The translations under genes and the position numbers were made by a program. A DNA stretch of 26,290 nt, taken from IMG/VR virus record IMGVR_UViG_3300012971_000075, positions 1-26,290 of that record. One strand, 5' to 3'. The notes beneath the pieces are model-generated. The model was not told the DNA's origin. It saw only the letters and a list, made by a program, of their open reading frames with translations, and made no database searches. The DNA comes from a virus (lineage: Duplodnaviria > Caudoviricetes). Every line of letters begins with the position of its first letter. Position 1 is the first letter of the stretch. Positions 1-8,215 of the stretch are shown here, piece by piece.

Positions 1-204
1 TCGCCGGACGGCACGGTGCACGTCCAGCAGGGTGGCCAGACGCCGCAGCCGGCACCCGTCGCGCCGGCGCCGGTGGCGAGTTACCAGATCCCCGGGTTGA
101 ACCCGGCGGCCATGCCGGGCGCGATTGGTGGCGCCCAGAGCAGCTCGCTGCCGCAGCAGCAATTTTCTGACGCGCTGACGCCGTACCAGTTCCAGATGAC
201 CTAG
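1..204 (+). CDS. C-terminal end of a Pro/Gln/Ala-rich phage protein that begins upstream of the window
   Basis: Frame is open from the window edge to TAG at 202-204, with GC-rich third positions; lies directly before the scaffold gene. Confidence 0.6.
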   Translation, partial: SPDGTVHVQQGGQTPQPAPVAPAPVASYQIPGLNPAAMPGAIGGAQSSSLPQQQFSDALTPYQFQMT

Positions 205-236
205 AACGTTGCTCCCCGCATAGAACGAGGTTTACG

Positions 237-971
237 ATGCAGCCAGTTTCCCCAGAACCTTCGAGCGCTGAGCCATCTGCGGATGCCCCGGCCGTCGAGG
301 CGAGTTCTGAATCGAGCCAGCCGGTTTCCCGCAATCTACTGCAGCGGTTGTTCCGCGGCAGGGGGAGTCAGGAGCCCGAAGCACAGGACGAGTCCGAGCC
401 GGTCGAGACGTCCCCCAAGATCACGCTCACGCAGGAGGAGCTCGATCGGCGCATTCAGGCCGAAACGGATCGGCGCGAATCGAAGCGCGCGGCCCAGACG
501 CTCGCCGAACGGCGGCGCAAACTGCGGGACGAAGACCCGTGGGCGTATGTCGAAGAAGAGCGCAGCGCCGAGCGCGCGGCCGAACAGGATGCGCAGACCA
601 CCACCTGGCTGAGCAACATTGGCGCCACGCACGATCGGTTCACGCTCGACCCGGTGGTGCTGGCGCTGTCCGACACCGAACGCAATCGCATTCTCGCGCT
701 CGAGGGCGCCGGTGTTGGTCTGGAAGGCCGCAAGCTGATCGTGACGGAAGGGCTGAAGGCGCTGGAAAAGCAGTGGAAGGCCGAAGGCGCCAAAGACGCC
801 GAAGACAAGTTGCGTCGGAACGCGGCGTTCCGCAAACAGGTGCTCAATGAATTTCGTCGTGGCTCGCTGAGCGAGCCCGAGTTCATCGGCAGTGGCAACG
901 GTTCCTCGAGCACGGACCAGACCGTTAGCGGCCTCCTCCGGCAGGGCATGAATCGCCACCGCAGCATGTAA
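237..971 (+). CDS. Capsid scaffolding protein (putative)
   Basis: 244 aa with acidic disordered N-terminus, 'ITLTQEELDRRIQAE' followed by coiled coil; directly upstream of the major capsid gene. Confidence 0.75.
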   Translation: MQPVSPEPSSAEPSADAPAVEASSESSQPVSRNLLQRLFRGRGSQEPEAQDESEPVETSPKITLTQEELDRRIQAETDRRESKRAAQTLAERRRKLRDEDPWAYVEEERSAERAAEQDAQTTTWLSNIGATHDRFTLDPVVLALSDTERNRILALEGAGVGLEGRKLIVTEGLKALEKQWKAEGAKDAEDKLRRNAAFRKQVLNEFRRGSLSEPEFIGSGNGSSSTDQTVSGLLRQGMNRHRSM

Positions 972-1002
972 CAACATCATCTAACTTCGGAGAATTACTA
1001 CC

Positions 1003-2013
1003 TTGCCGTACAACTCAGTTGCGGGAAGAGTCACACCAGGAACATCCCCGCTCATTCCAGAAGACGTTCAAAGAGATATTGTGCAATCCATTGAGGTAAA
1101 GAGTGCTGCAATGCAACTCATGCCTCACGTGACGATGAAAAGGGCACAGCAACGGATCCCAGTCAATACGCAATTACCGATTGCATATTGGCTAACTGGA
1201 GCGTCTTTGGATGCCCGCGACAGAGGTATGAAGCAAACTACCTCAATGGTATGGGACAATGTATATTTGAACGCGGAGGAGATGGCGGTCATCATTCCCA
1301 TCGCTCAGGCGTTGCTCGACGACATCGACTACGACTTCTGGGCGCAGGTCAAGCCCAAGGTCACCGAAGCCTTCGGCGTGGCGCTGGATGACGCGATCTT
1401 CTTCGGCACCAACGCACCGGCTTCCTTCCCGACGGCGATCGTGACCGCTGCCAACTCGGCGGGCAACCTGGTGGTCGCCGGGACGTCCACGGTCGACTAT
1501 CTCGATGACGTCAACAACGCCATGGGGCTGGTCGAAGCCGACGGGTTCGACATCACTGGCTTCTGGGCTCGCCGCCAGGTCAAGGCCAAACTCCGCGGTC
1601 TGCGCGACACCACCAAAGGTCTGTTGATCTACGGCGACGACGTCGGCTTTCAGGGCGCGCCGAACACGGGCATGCTGTACGGCGAGCCGATCATCTTCTC
1701 GAACGCGGGTCTGTCCAGCTTCAACACCGGCGCCTCGGGCTACAGCATGATCATGGGCCAGTGGGACCAGAGCATGCTCGCCATTCGCGAAGACATCAGC
1801 ATGGAACTGTTCGACACCGGCGTGATCACCGACAACGGCTCGCCGCCGGTCATCCAGTTCAACCTGATGCAGCAGGACATGGTCGCGCTGCGCGTCATCG
1901 CCCGCTTCGCCTGGGCCGTGCCCAATCCGGTCAACCGCCAGCAATCGACGACGGCTTCCAGATACCCCTTCGGTGTGGTCCAACAGAAGGCCTCGACAGG
2001 TGGCGAAGGTTAG
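1003..2013 (+). CDS. Major capsid protein (HK97-like fold)
   Basis: 336 aa; 'LIPEDVQRDI', 'EAFGVALDDAIFFGT', 'NLMQQDMVALRVIARFAWAVPNP' are typical phage MCP motifs; TTG start with GGAG upstream. Confidence 0.92.
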   Translation: MPYNSVAGRVTPGTSPLIPEDVQRDIVQSIEVKSAAMQLMPHVTMKRAQQRIPVNTQLPIAYWLTGASLDARDRGMKQTTSMVWDNVYLNAEEMAVIIPIAQALLDDIDYDFWAQVKPKVTEAFGVALDDAIFFGTNAPASFPTAIVTAANSAGNLVVAGTSTVDYLDDVNNAMGLVEADGFDITGFWARRQVKAKLRGLRDTTKGLLIYGDDVGFQGAPNTGMLYGEPIIFSNAGLSSFNTGASGYSMIMGQWDQSMLAIREDISMELFDTGVITDNGSPPVIQFNLMQQDMVALRVIARFAWAVPNPVNRQQSTTASRYPFGVVQQKASTGGEG

Positions 2014-2015
2014 AG

Positions 2016-2795
2016 CTATTTGTTGTCGTAATTACTAGTATCATTTGATTGTCGTTGTTTGTACTCTGATGCGCGGCGCTTTACTGAGGCATTTCGTAGT
2101 GGGTCATTCTCGTATCGCTCTCTGTCGCGGATGCGATTGCACTCGCGGCACTGGCGATGGCCCTGCGAGGTGACATACGTGTTGTCTGGTGTGTACTCGT
2201 GACCACGTTTGCAATGCGTCCGATCACTCGGTGCAGGCAAGACCGTTTTGCCTACCGACTCTGCTCGCGCCACGTATCTGCGGTGCCGGTTCGCTTCGAT
2301 CTGAGTTCGATGCTCCGTGTAGTAAGCATCAGCACAGGTTCGACAACGACGGCCAGTGCCACCGGGAAGCCAAATGGTGTTCGGCTCGTTGTAGGGGTGT
2401 CCCTGCGGACATTGGGTCTTGCGTCGATGGACAGCGAGAGCACCGTTGCCGCGAAGAACGTTTTCAACTGCCGTCACGGCTTCGAGATGTTCAGGGTTCA
2501 CACACTTGCGTGTACGGCACAGATGGTCGATCACGAATTCGTCTGGGATCGGTCCGACAAGCCATTGGTACACAAGACGGTGGATCGGTTGGTTTTTCCC
2601 ACCCACCTTGACCTTGCCGTACCCATCAGCATCGAGCGGACGGTGCCAGGTCCAGCAGTGCGTCCGGATATCGCACACAACGAGTTGCCAGAAGCGGTTC
2701 CAGAGCACCCAGTCGTCAAGAGACTCAGAAAGGCTTCGGCCCAGCACGGTACTCAGTCGAGGGATGTGAGTGGTGATGTAAGAGGCCACGTACAT
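2016..2795 (-). CDS. Free-standing HNH homing endonuclease with two C-terminal Cys/His repeats
   Basis: 'CWTW...DGYGKVKV...HRLVYQWLVGPIPDEFVIDHLCRTRKCVNPEHLEAVTAVEN', then 'KTQCPQGHPYNEPNT...RRCRTC' and 'RTHCKRGHEYTPDNT...RQCREC'. Start uncertain; ATG at 2795 chosen. Confidence 0.9.
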   Translation of the reverse strand: MYVASYITTHIPRLSTVLGRSLSESLDDWVLWNRFWQLVVCDIRTHCWTWHRPLDADGYGKVKVGGKNQPIHRLVYQWLVGPIPDEFVIDHLCRTRKCVNPEHLEAVTAVENVLRGNGALAVHRRKTQCPQGHPYNEPNTIWLPGGTGRRCRTCADAYYTEHRTQIEANRHRRYVARAESVGKTVLPAPSDRTHCKRGHEYTPDNTYVTSQGHRQCRECNRIRDRERYENDPLRNASVKRRASEYKQRQSNDTSNYDNK

Positions 2796-2855
2796 CGATT
2801 CAGTCACGAAGGACGTTGTATGAGCACAACGTATGGAAATCAGTTGAGGACTCGT

Positions 2856-2951
2856 ATGCGCGAAGATCCGAAACCACCCCAGCCTCCAGATCCTGAGCCG
2901 GGACCCGAGCCAGAGCCCGAACCGGAGCCGGCGCCACCCACGCCGGCCTGA
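2856..2951 (+). CDS. 31-aa Pro/Glu-rich peptide
   Basis: GAGGA upstream of ATG; MREDPKPPQPPDPEPGPEPEPEPEPAPPTPA; 3 nt before the next ATG. Confidence 0.45.
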   Translation: MREDPKPPQPPDPEPGPEPEPEPEPAPPTPA

Positions 2952-2954
2952 ACC

Positions 2955-3134
2955 ATGGCGAAAAAAAACTGGATCCAGTCCGCTGTTTCCAAGCCTGGCG
3001 CGCTGCGGCAGACCCTTGGCGCCAAAAAGGGCGAGCCGATTCCCCGCAGCAAGCTCGAGGAGGCTGCCAAAAAACCAGGCAAGACGGGCCAGCGCGCGCG
3101 CATGGCGCTCACGCTGAGAAAACTCGGCAAGTAG
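2955..3134 (+). CDS. Small basic phage protein (59 aa)
   Basis: Manual translation MAKKNWIQSAVSKPGALRQTLGAKKGEPIPRSKLEEAAKKPGKTGQRARMALTLRKLGK; resembles a common 'KWIQ.A.K.PGAL' phage peptide type. Confidence 0.75.
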   Translation: MAKKNWIQSAVSKPGALRQTLGAKKGEPIPRSKLEEAAKKPGKTGQRARMALTLRKLGK

Positions 3135-3314
3135 ATGCCCGGCGGCAGACCCTACAAGAAGCCTGTCAGTCGGGCGCAGGCCAGATTCTTTGGGGCCGCC
3201 GCCGGTGGTCAGATCCCCGGCTTCAGCCCCGAAGAGGCCAGAAACAAACTCCGGGGCGTGAACGAAAAGAAACTGCCGGCCCGCAAGAAAAAGGGAGGCA
3301 AGAAAAATGCCTGA
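3135..3314 (+). CDS. Small basic phage protein (59 aa)
   Basis: Manual translation MPGGRPYKKPVSRAQARFFGAAAGGQIPGFSPEEARNKLRGVNEKKLPARKKKGGKKNA; abuts the upstream gene and overlaps the downstream start. Confidence 0.7.
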   Translation: MPGGRPYKKPVSRAQARFFGAAAGGQIPGFSPEEARNKLRGVNEKKLPARKKKGGKKNA

Positions 3315-3594
3315 AATTCGTGCCCTGGTGCCGATCGAGCACGAGGGCAAGGTGATTCAGCCCGATGAGGTCGTCGACGTCAGTGCCGAGCAGGCCGAAG
3401 CCTGGCGGGCGATGGGCAAGGTCACACTGATCACCACCGAGCAGACGCTCGCGGCCGCCGCCAACGAAGGCAACTACGCATCGGTCATCGGTCGCGAAGA
3501 CGTCGGCCAGGTCAGCGCGGCGACCTCGCACCCCGGTCCGCAGGCTGACGAGGACGAGGACGAGGATCATCCCCGCTCCCGGAGGAGAAGGTAA
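3307..3594 (+). CDS. Hypothetical head-associated protein
   Basis: GGAGG RBS; N-terminal 'IRALVPIEHEGKVIQPDEVVDVSAEQAEAWRAMG' small domain of the kind often seen after capsid genes. Confidence 0.7.
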   Translation: MPEIRALVPIEHEGKVIQPDEVVDVSAEQAEAWRAMGKVTLITTEQTLAAAANEGNYASVIGREDVGQVSAATSHPGPQADEDEDEDHPRSRRRR

Positions 3595-3824
3595 TGGCCA
3601 GGATGCGTTTTCTCGCGGTTGCCTACGACCCACGCCCGGGGCACGAAGGGGTGGTGTACGGCCCCGGCCACGAGACAGACTTCGACAGCACCGACTACGA
3701 GTACATGATCCAACTGCGTAATCGTGGCTACGCCGAGATCACCGATGCGACGGGACTTCCGGCTGGTGCGACTGAAGAGACAGCCCGCGAGCCATTCGTG
3801 GCCCCGGCGACTCCGGCAGCCTAG
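3594..3824 (+). CDS. Hypothetical head-associated protein
   Basis: TAATG stop/start overlap and GGAGGAG RBS. Confidence 0.7.
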   Translation: MARMRFLAVAYDPRPGHEGVVYGPGHETDFDSTDYEYMIQLRNRGYAEITDATGLPAGATEETAREPFVAPATPAA

Positions 3825-3828
3825 TCCG

Positions 3829-4245
3829 GTGTCGAACGTCATCTTTATGGCCGGTCCGGTGCAGGACTCGGTGACGAGCACGACCTTCTACGGCAAGGAC
3901 CACCAGGCCAACCTGACCGACGAGGCGTTTGTCCAGGCTCTCATCAAAAGTGGCAAGGCGGCGCTCCAGGGCGCCAGCATTCGCGGCATCTACGTGGCGC
4001 CCATCGCGACCACCACCGCGACCGTCAACTGGATCGTCGACCAGGCGTGCACCGGCATGGTGGTCAATTACGGCACGACCACGGCTTACGGCTCTAACCA
4101 GAACGCCACGCCGGCCTCCGGCAGTGGCGCGATTGTCGCCAACCTGACGGGCCTCACGACCGGCACGACCTACCACTACCGCATTTCGGTGACCGTCGGC
4201 ACGTACACCACGCTGACCCCCGACCTGACCTTCAGGACGTTGTGA
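3829..4245 (+). CDS. Virion decoration protein with C-terminal fibronectin type III-like domain
   Basis: 'TTTATVNW...VNYGTTTAYG...LTGLTTGTTYHYRISV' is an FN3 signature. GTG at 3829 preferred over the ORF-track start at 3724. Confidence 0.75.
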   Translation: MSNVIFMAGPVQDSVTSTTFYGKDHQANLTDEAFVQALIKSGKAALQGASIRGIYVAPIATTTATVNWIVDQACTGMVVNYGTTTAYGSNQNATPASGSGAIVANLTGLTTGTTYHYRISVTVGTYTTLTPDLTFRTL

Positions 4246-5156
4246 CCGTCACCCTCGAGCAGATCGAACAGGAGGTGGCTCGTCGCATCGGGCCGTACTG
4301 GCGCTACTTCACCGATCGCCAGTTGCCGAATACGGCCGAGTTCACCTTCGCGGCGTTTCCTGAGCTCCGCTCCAGCATCGACCTCGACCTGGTCACCAAC
4401 CTATGGGTGCTGCGTCGAGGCGAGTGCTATGACGGCAACACCGTGACGCTGGATCCGGTCGATCGCCAGCGCACCGTCGACGTGTACGACGTCGAGCAGG
4501 GTCGCGTTGTGCCCGATCGACCCTGGGGCAGCATTCCCGAACCCGGTGAATGGATGGAGTTTCACCATCTCAATCCTGGTCAGGAATTGCGACCGGCCGT
4601 GCTGGCTGGCCTGCGACGGTGTGTTCTCCCAGACACCGTCCATGTCCAGCCGACACAACTGTGGGGCGGTCTCGACCTGACGGTGCAATTCCCGTGGCTC
4701 ACCGATCCCTGGCAGATCGCGCGTGTGCGCTACGGCTGGATGAGTCCGTACGGGGAGGCACCCTACGATACCTATACCTCGGCCGGGCATCTGATCCTGA
4801 CTGGCACCTACGGCATGGCGTTACCCATGGCCGTGTGGGTAGACGCCTGGCGTCCGGCCTGGTCGTGGATCAACGCCGCCGAGTCGACGAGCGGACCGAC
4901 CGAAGATACGGACGTGCTCGAGGTCGACCTCGACTACGCGGCGAGCGCCGGCCACATCGAAGCGTGGCATCTGTTTCCGGATCGGCTGCAGTCTGCCGCA
5001 GCCGGCAATTTACAGGCGACGCAGGCGCAGGCGGCTGCGGAGTTCTCGCGGTTGGCGAATGTCTTTGGCCCGCAGCGCAACACGAGCATCGGCTTTCAGA
5101 CCATGGTGCGTCTCAGCGGGGGTCGCCACGCGTGGATCAATGGTGCGTCGTGGTAA
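4242..5156 (+). CDS. Putative head-tail adaptor/neck protein
   Basis: 304 aa; GTGA overlap; N-terminal 'TLEQIEQEVARRIG' helix; position between head and tail genes. Function inferred from synteny. Confidence 0.55.
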   Translation: MTVTLEQIEQEVARRIGPYWRYFTDRQLPNTAEFTFAAFPELRSSIDLDLVTNLWVLRRGECYDGNTVTLDPVDRQRTVDVYDVEQGRVVPDRPWGSIPEPGEWMEFHHLNPGQELRPAVLAGLRRCVLPDTVHVQPTQLWGGLDLTVQFPWLTDPWQIARVRYGWMSPYGEAPYDTYTSAGHLILTGTYGMALPMAVWVDAWRPAWSWINAAESTSGPTEDTDVLEVDLDYAASAGHIEAWHLFPDRLQSAAAGNLQATQAQAAAEFSRLANVFGPQRNTSIGFQTMVRLSGGRHAWINGASW

Positions 5157-5425
5157 ACGTGGCCGATCCCCGCGTCAATTTCAACTTGCAGAATGGCACG
5201 CCTGGGCCGCCAGCGTGGTCGCAGGGACCGCCCGGGCCACCGGGTCCGGTGGGCGCTCCTGGACCGCAGGGTGTGCCGGGTGCTGGTGGTGATCAGGGCG
5301 CGAGTGGGCTGCGGGGCACCCTGTGGTGGCAAGGACAGGGGCCACCTGGTGGTGGTCTGGCGGATGCGCTTGCGCAGGATCTCTACCTCGATACCTTGAC
5401 TGGAGACGTGTATGTCTTCACCTGA
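5150..5425 (+). CDS. Short collagen-like (Gly-X-Y) virion protein
   Basis: GPPGPPGPVGAPGPQGVPG repeats followed by 'DLYLDTLTGDVY'. Confidence 0.75.
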   Translation: MVNVADPRVNFNLQNGTPGPPAWSQGPPGPPGPVGAPGPQGVPGAGGDQGASGLRGTLWWQGQGPPGGGLADALAQDLYLDTLTGDVYVFT

Positions 5426-5444
5426 TGACCGAGGCGTGCACTGA

Positions 5445-6062
5445 ATGCCGTGGACGCAGGTCAGCAATATCAAAGGTGTGCCGGGCACAACCGGCGTCCA
5501 GGGACCCAAAGGTGACCCCGGTGCCGCGGGTCTGCAGGGGCCACAGGGCAATCCTGGCGCACAAGGCCCGCAGGGTGTGCAGGGTCCCGCTGGTGTACAG
5601 GGGCCGCAGGGTGCTACGGGTCCGCAGGGTGCTACTGGGATGACAGGAGCGCCGGGAGCTACGGGGGCCACCGGGAGCACAGGCCCGCAAGGTGCCCCAG
5701 GCTCAAAGTGGTACACCGGCAGCGGCGCACCGTTGAATGCGACCGGCCTCGTCGGTGATTGGTACCTCGATAGCACCGCAGGTGACTACTACGAAAAGAC
5801 GGGGGCGAGTGTCTGGATCTTACGTGGCAATCTGCGCGGGCCACAGGGTCCTGTTGGTGCGACGGGTCCCCAGGGTGCGCAAGGAGTGGCTGGTCCAGCC
5901 GGTGTGCAGGGGCCGCAAGGGGCTACGGGACCAGCCTGGACACCAACGCCGATCACGATCACCGGTAGTCGCCACCACATTCGCGATCTGCCATACGTCA
6001 TCGATCAACTCTTGACGGCGCTGGCGACACAGGGCTTCATCGTGAACAACACCACGTCCTGA
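5445..6062 (+). CDS. Collagen-like fibre protein
   Basis: Two Gly-X-Y tracts flanking 'WYTGSGAP...[15 protein letters not shown]...W'. Confidence 0.85.
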   Translation: MPWTQVSNIKGVPGTTGVQGPKGDPGAAGLQGPQGNPGAQGPQGVQGPAGVQGPQGATGPQGATGMTGAPGATGATGSTGPQGAPGSKWYTGSGAPLNATGLVGDWYLDSTAGDYYEKTGASVWILRGNLRGPQGPVGATGPQGAQGVAGPAGVQGPQGATGPAWTPTPITITGSRHHIRDLPYVIDQLLTALATQGFIVNNTTS

Positions 6063-8200
6063 TGCCGACGCAGAGTAGCCGGCGCCGTCCGTGGCCGTAT
6101 GACCTGCGCATCTCGCTGCAGAAAACGCCTCTGCAGATCAGCAATATCGGCTCATCGCGCGGCAAGAGCATCGGCTCGATGCGCCCGATTCTGATCAGCC
6201 AGCTGCGTTCCGAAAAACTCGCCAACCTCTTTCGCAACGGGCTCATGCTCATCCCGAGTGACCAGACCGGGCTGCTGGTCGGCAAGAAACAACAGAATCT
6301 GGGCACGAGTCTGCCACCCCAGGCGGCCTACGATTCGGCGCCGGTGTATCGCGAGCACACCTTCGAGTTTCGTCCGAACGGCGGTTTTGGGGAAAGCGTG
6401 CAATCCTCGCGTACCGACAAGCGCTACCACTACGCCATCAATTGCTGGGTGACCGGCGGACTGTTCGGGCTGGGTCCAGCGTCGCACCAGATCGTGCCAA
6501 CGACGACGGGCTCGATCCGCATGTTCACCGAAGCGCTGAATGCGAGCAGTCAGCTCGCGCTGTTTGTGCTGGCTGGGGCCAACGTGCTCGAGCGCACGGA
6601 CGACTCGGTGGTCGGTCAGGTCGTGTCTCGGACGCGCGCCGGGCACGTGGCCACCGATGCGGCGCGCTACACCGGCGCGTATGCTGGCGCGGTCGACGCG
6701 CTGTACGTGGCGTGGGACGACGGCGTGCTCGAGGAGTACAGCGGTGGCACGTGGCGAGCGTGTGCGTTGCCGTCCGGGTTCCTGCCCAATTTTCTGTGCC
6801 GCGTAGGCGACGAGCTCTGGGCCGCCGACGGCACGGCGTGCATCCTGCGCAAGGTCACCAACGATCCCAAGGTGGCCGGCTCCTGGTCGGGGCCGATTCT
6901 GGTCGGCACGCCGTCGATCAAAATTACGGCGCTGCGGCAGACGACCAACCGGCTGGTCATCTTCAAAGCTGACGGCGACGTGTTCACCATCAATGGGGAC
7001 GGTTCGGACAACGATCTGTTCCCCGGTCTGGAGAATACGCCGGATCCGACGAACGCTCGGACCGCGGCGGCGTGGCAGGGTAGTCTGTGGTTCCGGACGG
7101 GCCGAGCCTTCTGGCGGCTGGACATGCAGGGTGGCGCCGTACTCACCCCCGAAGGTCCGGGTCGACAATTGCAGAACCTTTCTGAGGTCAAGGGTCCGGT
7201 GCAGGCCTTCGCCGGCTGGAATTCGCAGATGGCGTTTGGCGTGATCTACAACGCCGCGCTCGGCAACAGCTACCTGCTCAGTTACGGCAACTGGGAGCCG
7301 CGTCAGAGCGACACCGGCACCAACTACGCGTTTGCCGATCAGTGGGATGGCGCGCTCGTCAAGTATGAGGGCAGACAGGCCACGGCATTGTGCGTCTCGA
7401 GCATCCCTCTGGATGCGCGGCTGTACGTCGGCTTTAGCGATGGATCCTACGACTGGATCAAGCTGGTGGCGTATCCGCTCACGCCGGACGCGGGCGCCGA
7501 CTACACCACGGATCAGGCGTACATCGTGGCGCCATTGCACACCGATATGTTCCAGGCTGACGTCAAGCAGACGGTCGGCTTTAGCGTCTTCGGGCCGCTA
7601 TTTCCGGTCGGGTCCAGAGTCAACGTCAAGTATCGCCAGCGCGGGGGCAAGGCGGGCTTGCCAACGGCCGATCCGCTGGGCGACTTTATCGACCTGGGTC
7701 CGAATCCGTTTATCTACAACGGCCAGCGCATCGACGCAGCATCACCGATCGCCGGTACGGCGCTCGAGATGCTGGTCGAGCTGGAGGGCACGCCGACGAG
7801 CACCCCCATCCTGGAAGGCGTCGGCTTGCACGAGCGGCTGGTGCCCGCGTTCCGGCGCGACTTCAGTTTCAGTGTGGATGCCAGAGATGCTATTGCCCGA
7901 CGCGATGGCGCCAGCGTGCGGCAGTCAGGTCGTTCGGTGCGGGACCTGGTGATGCAGGCTGCCGCCGCGCCGGCGACCGTGGCGCTCGAGTTTCCCGACG
8001 AGACGGTGTCCGACGTGGCGCTGTTCGACTACACCGAACGCATGGTGGCGCATTCGCAACGCGGTGGTCAGGGGTGGGCGGTGGACGTGCAGGCCACGCA
8101 GTTCGGTCTGCTCGAAACGTACGGCACGATTGGTCGTACACGCGGCACGAAGATTGGCGATACGCGCGGATTCCAGATCAACGATCTGCGGCACTTCTAA
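6062..8200 (+). CDS. Large virion protein, putative tail nozzle/stabilisation protein
   Basis: 712 aa, beta-rich, TGATG overlap, directly before the tail fibre; size and position match podovirus nozzles (inference). Confidence 0.6.
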   Translation: MPTQSSRRRPWPYDLRISLQKTPLQISNIGSSRGKSIGSMRPILISQLRSEKLANLFRNGLMLIPSDQTGLLVGKKQQNLGTSLPPQAAYDSAPVYREHTFEFRPNGGFGESVQSSRTDKRYHYAINCWVTGGLFGLGPASHQIVPTTTGSIRMFTEALNASSQLALFVLAGANVLERTDDSVVGQVVSRTRAGHVATDAARYTGAYAGAVDALYVAWDDGVLEEYSGGTWRACALPSGFLPNFLCRVGDELWAADGTACILRKVTNDPKVAGSWSGPILVGTPSIKITALRQTTNRLVIFKADGDVFTINGDGSDNDLFPGLENTPDPTNARTAAAWQGSLWFRTGRAFWRLDMQGGAVLTPEGPGRQLQNLSEVKGPVQAFAGWNSQMAFGVIYNAALGNSYLLSYGNWEPRQSDTGTNYAFADQWDGALVKYEGRQATALCVSSIPLDARLYVGFSDGSYDWIKLVAYPLTPDAGADYTTDQAYIVAPLHTDMFQADVKQTVGFSVFGPLFPVGSRVNVKYRQRGGKAGLPTADPLGDFIDLGPNPFIYNGQRIDAASPIAGTALEMLVELEGTPTSTPILEGVGLHERLVPAFRRDFSFSVDARDAIARRDGASVRQSGRSVRDLVMQAAAAPATVALEFPDETVSDVALFDYTERMVAHSQRGGQGWAVDVQATQFGLLETYGTIGRTRGTKIGDTRGFQINDLRHF

Positions 8201-8215
8201 AGGAGACAGTACGGA

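Noticed and set aside
200-236. SOS boxes upstream of the scaffold gene (two TAGAACG)
   Set aside because: Neither has GTTC at the N4 spacing.
2796-3350. N-terminal extension of the 444-aa minus-strand ORF
   Set aside because: It is the antisense shadow of three coupled plus-strand genes; HNH similarity starts only after about 2795.
5190-5935. Tandem nucleotide repeats
   Set aside because: Explained by Gly-X-Y collagen coding.
6152-7540. 462-aa minus-strand ORF and similar long antisense ORFs (e.g. 1243-1983, 21396-22307, 23138-24001)
   Set aside because: Typical high-GC shadow frames opposite well-supported genes, with no recognisable motifs.
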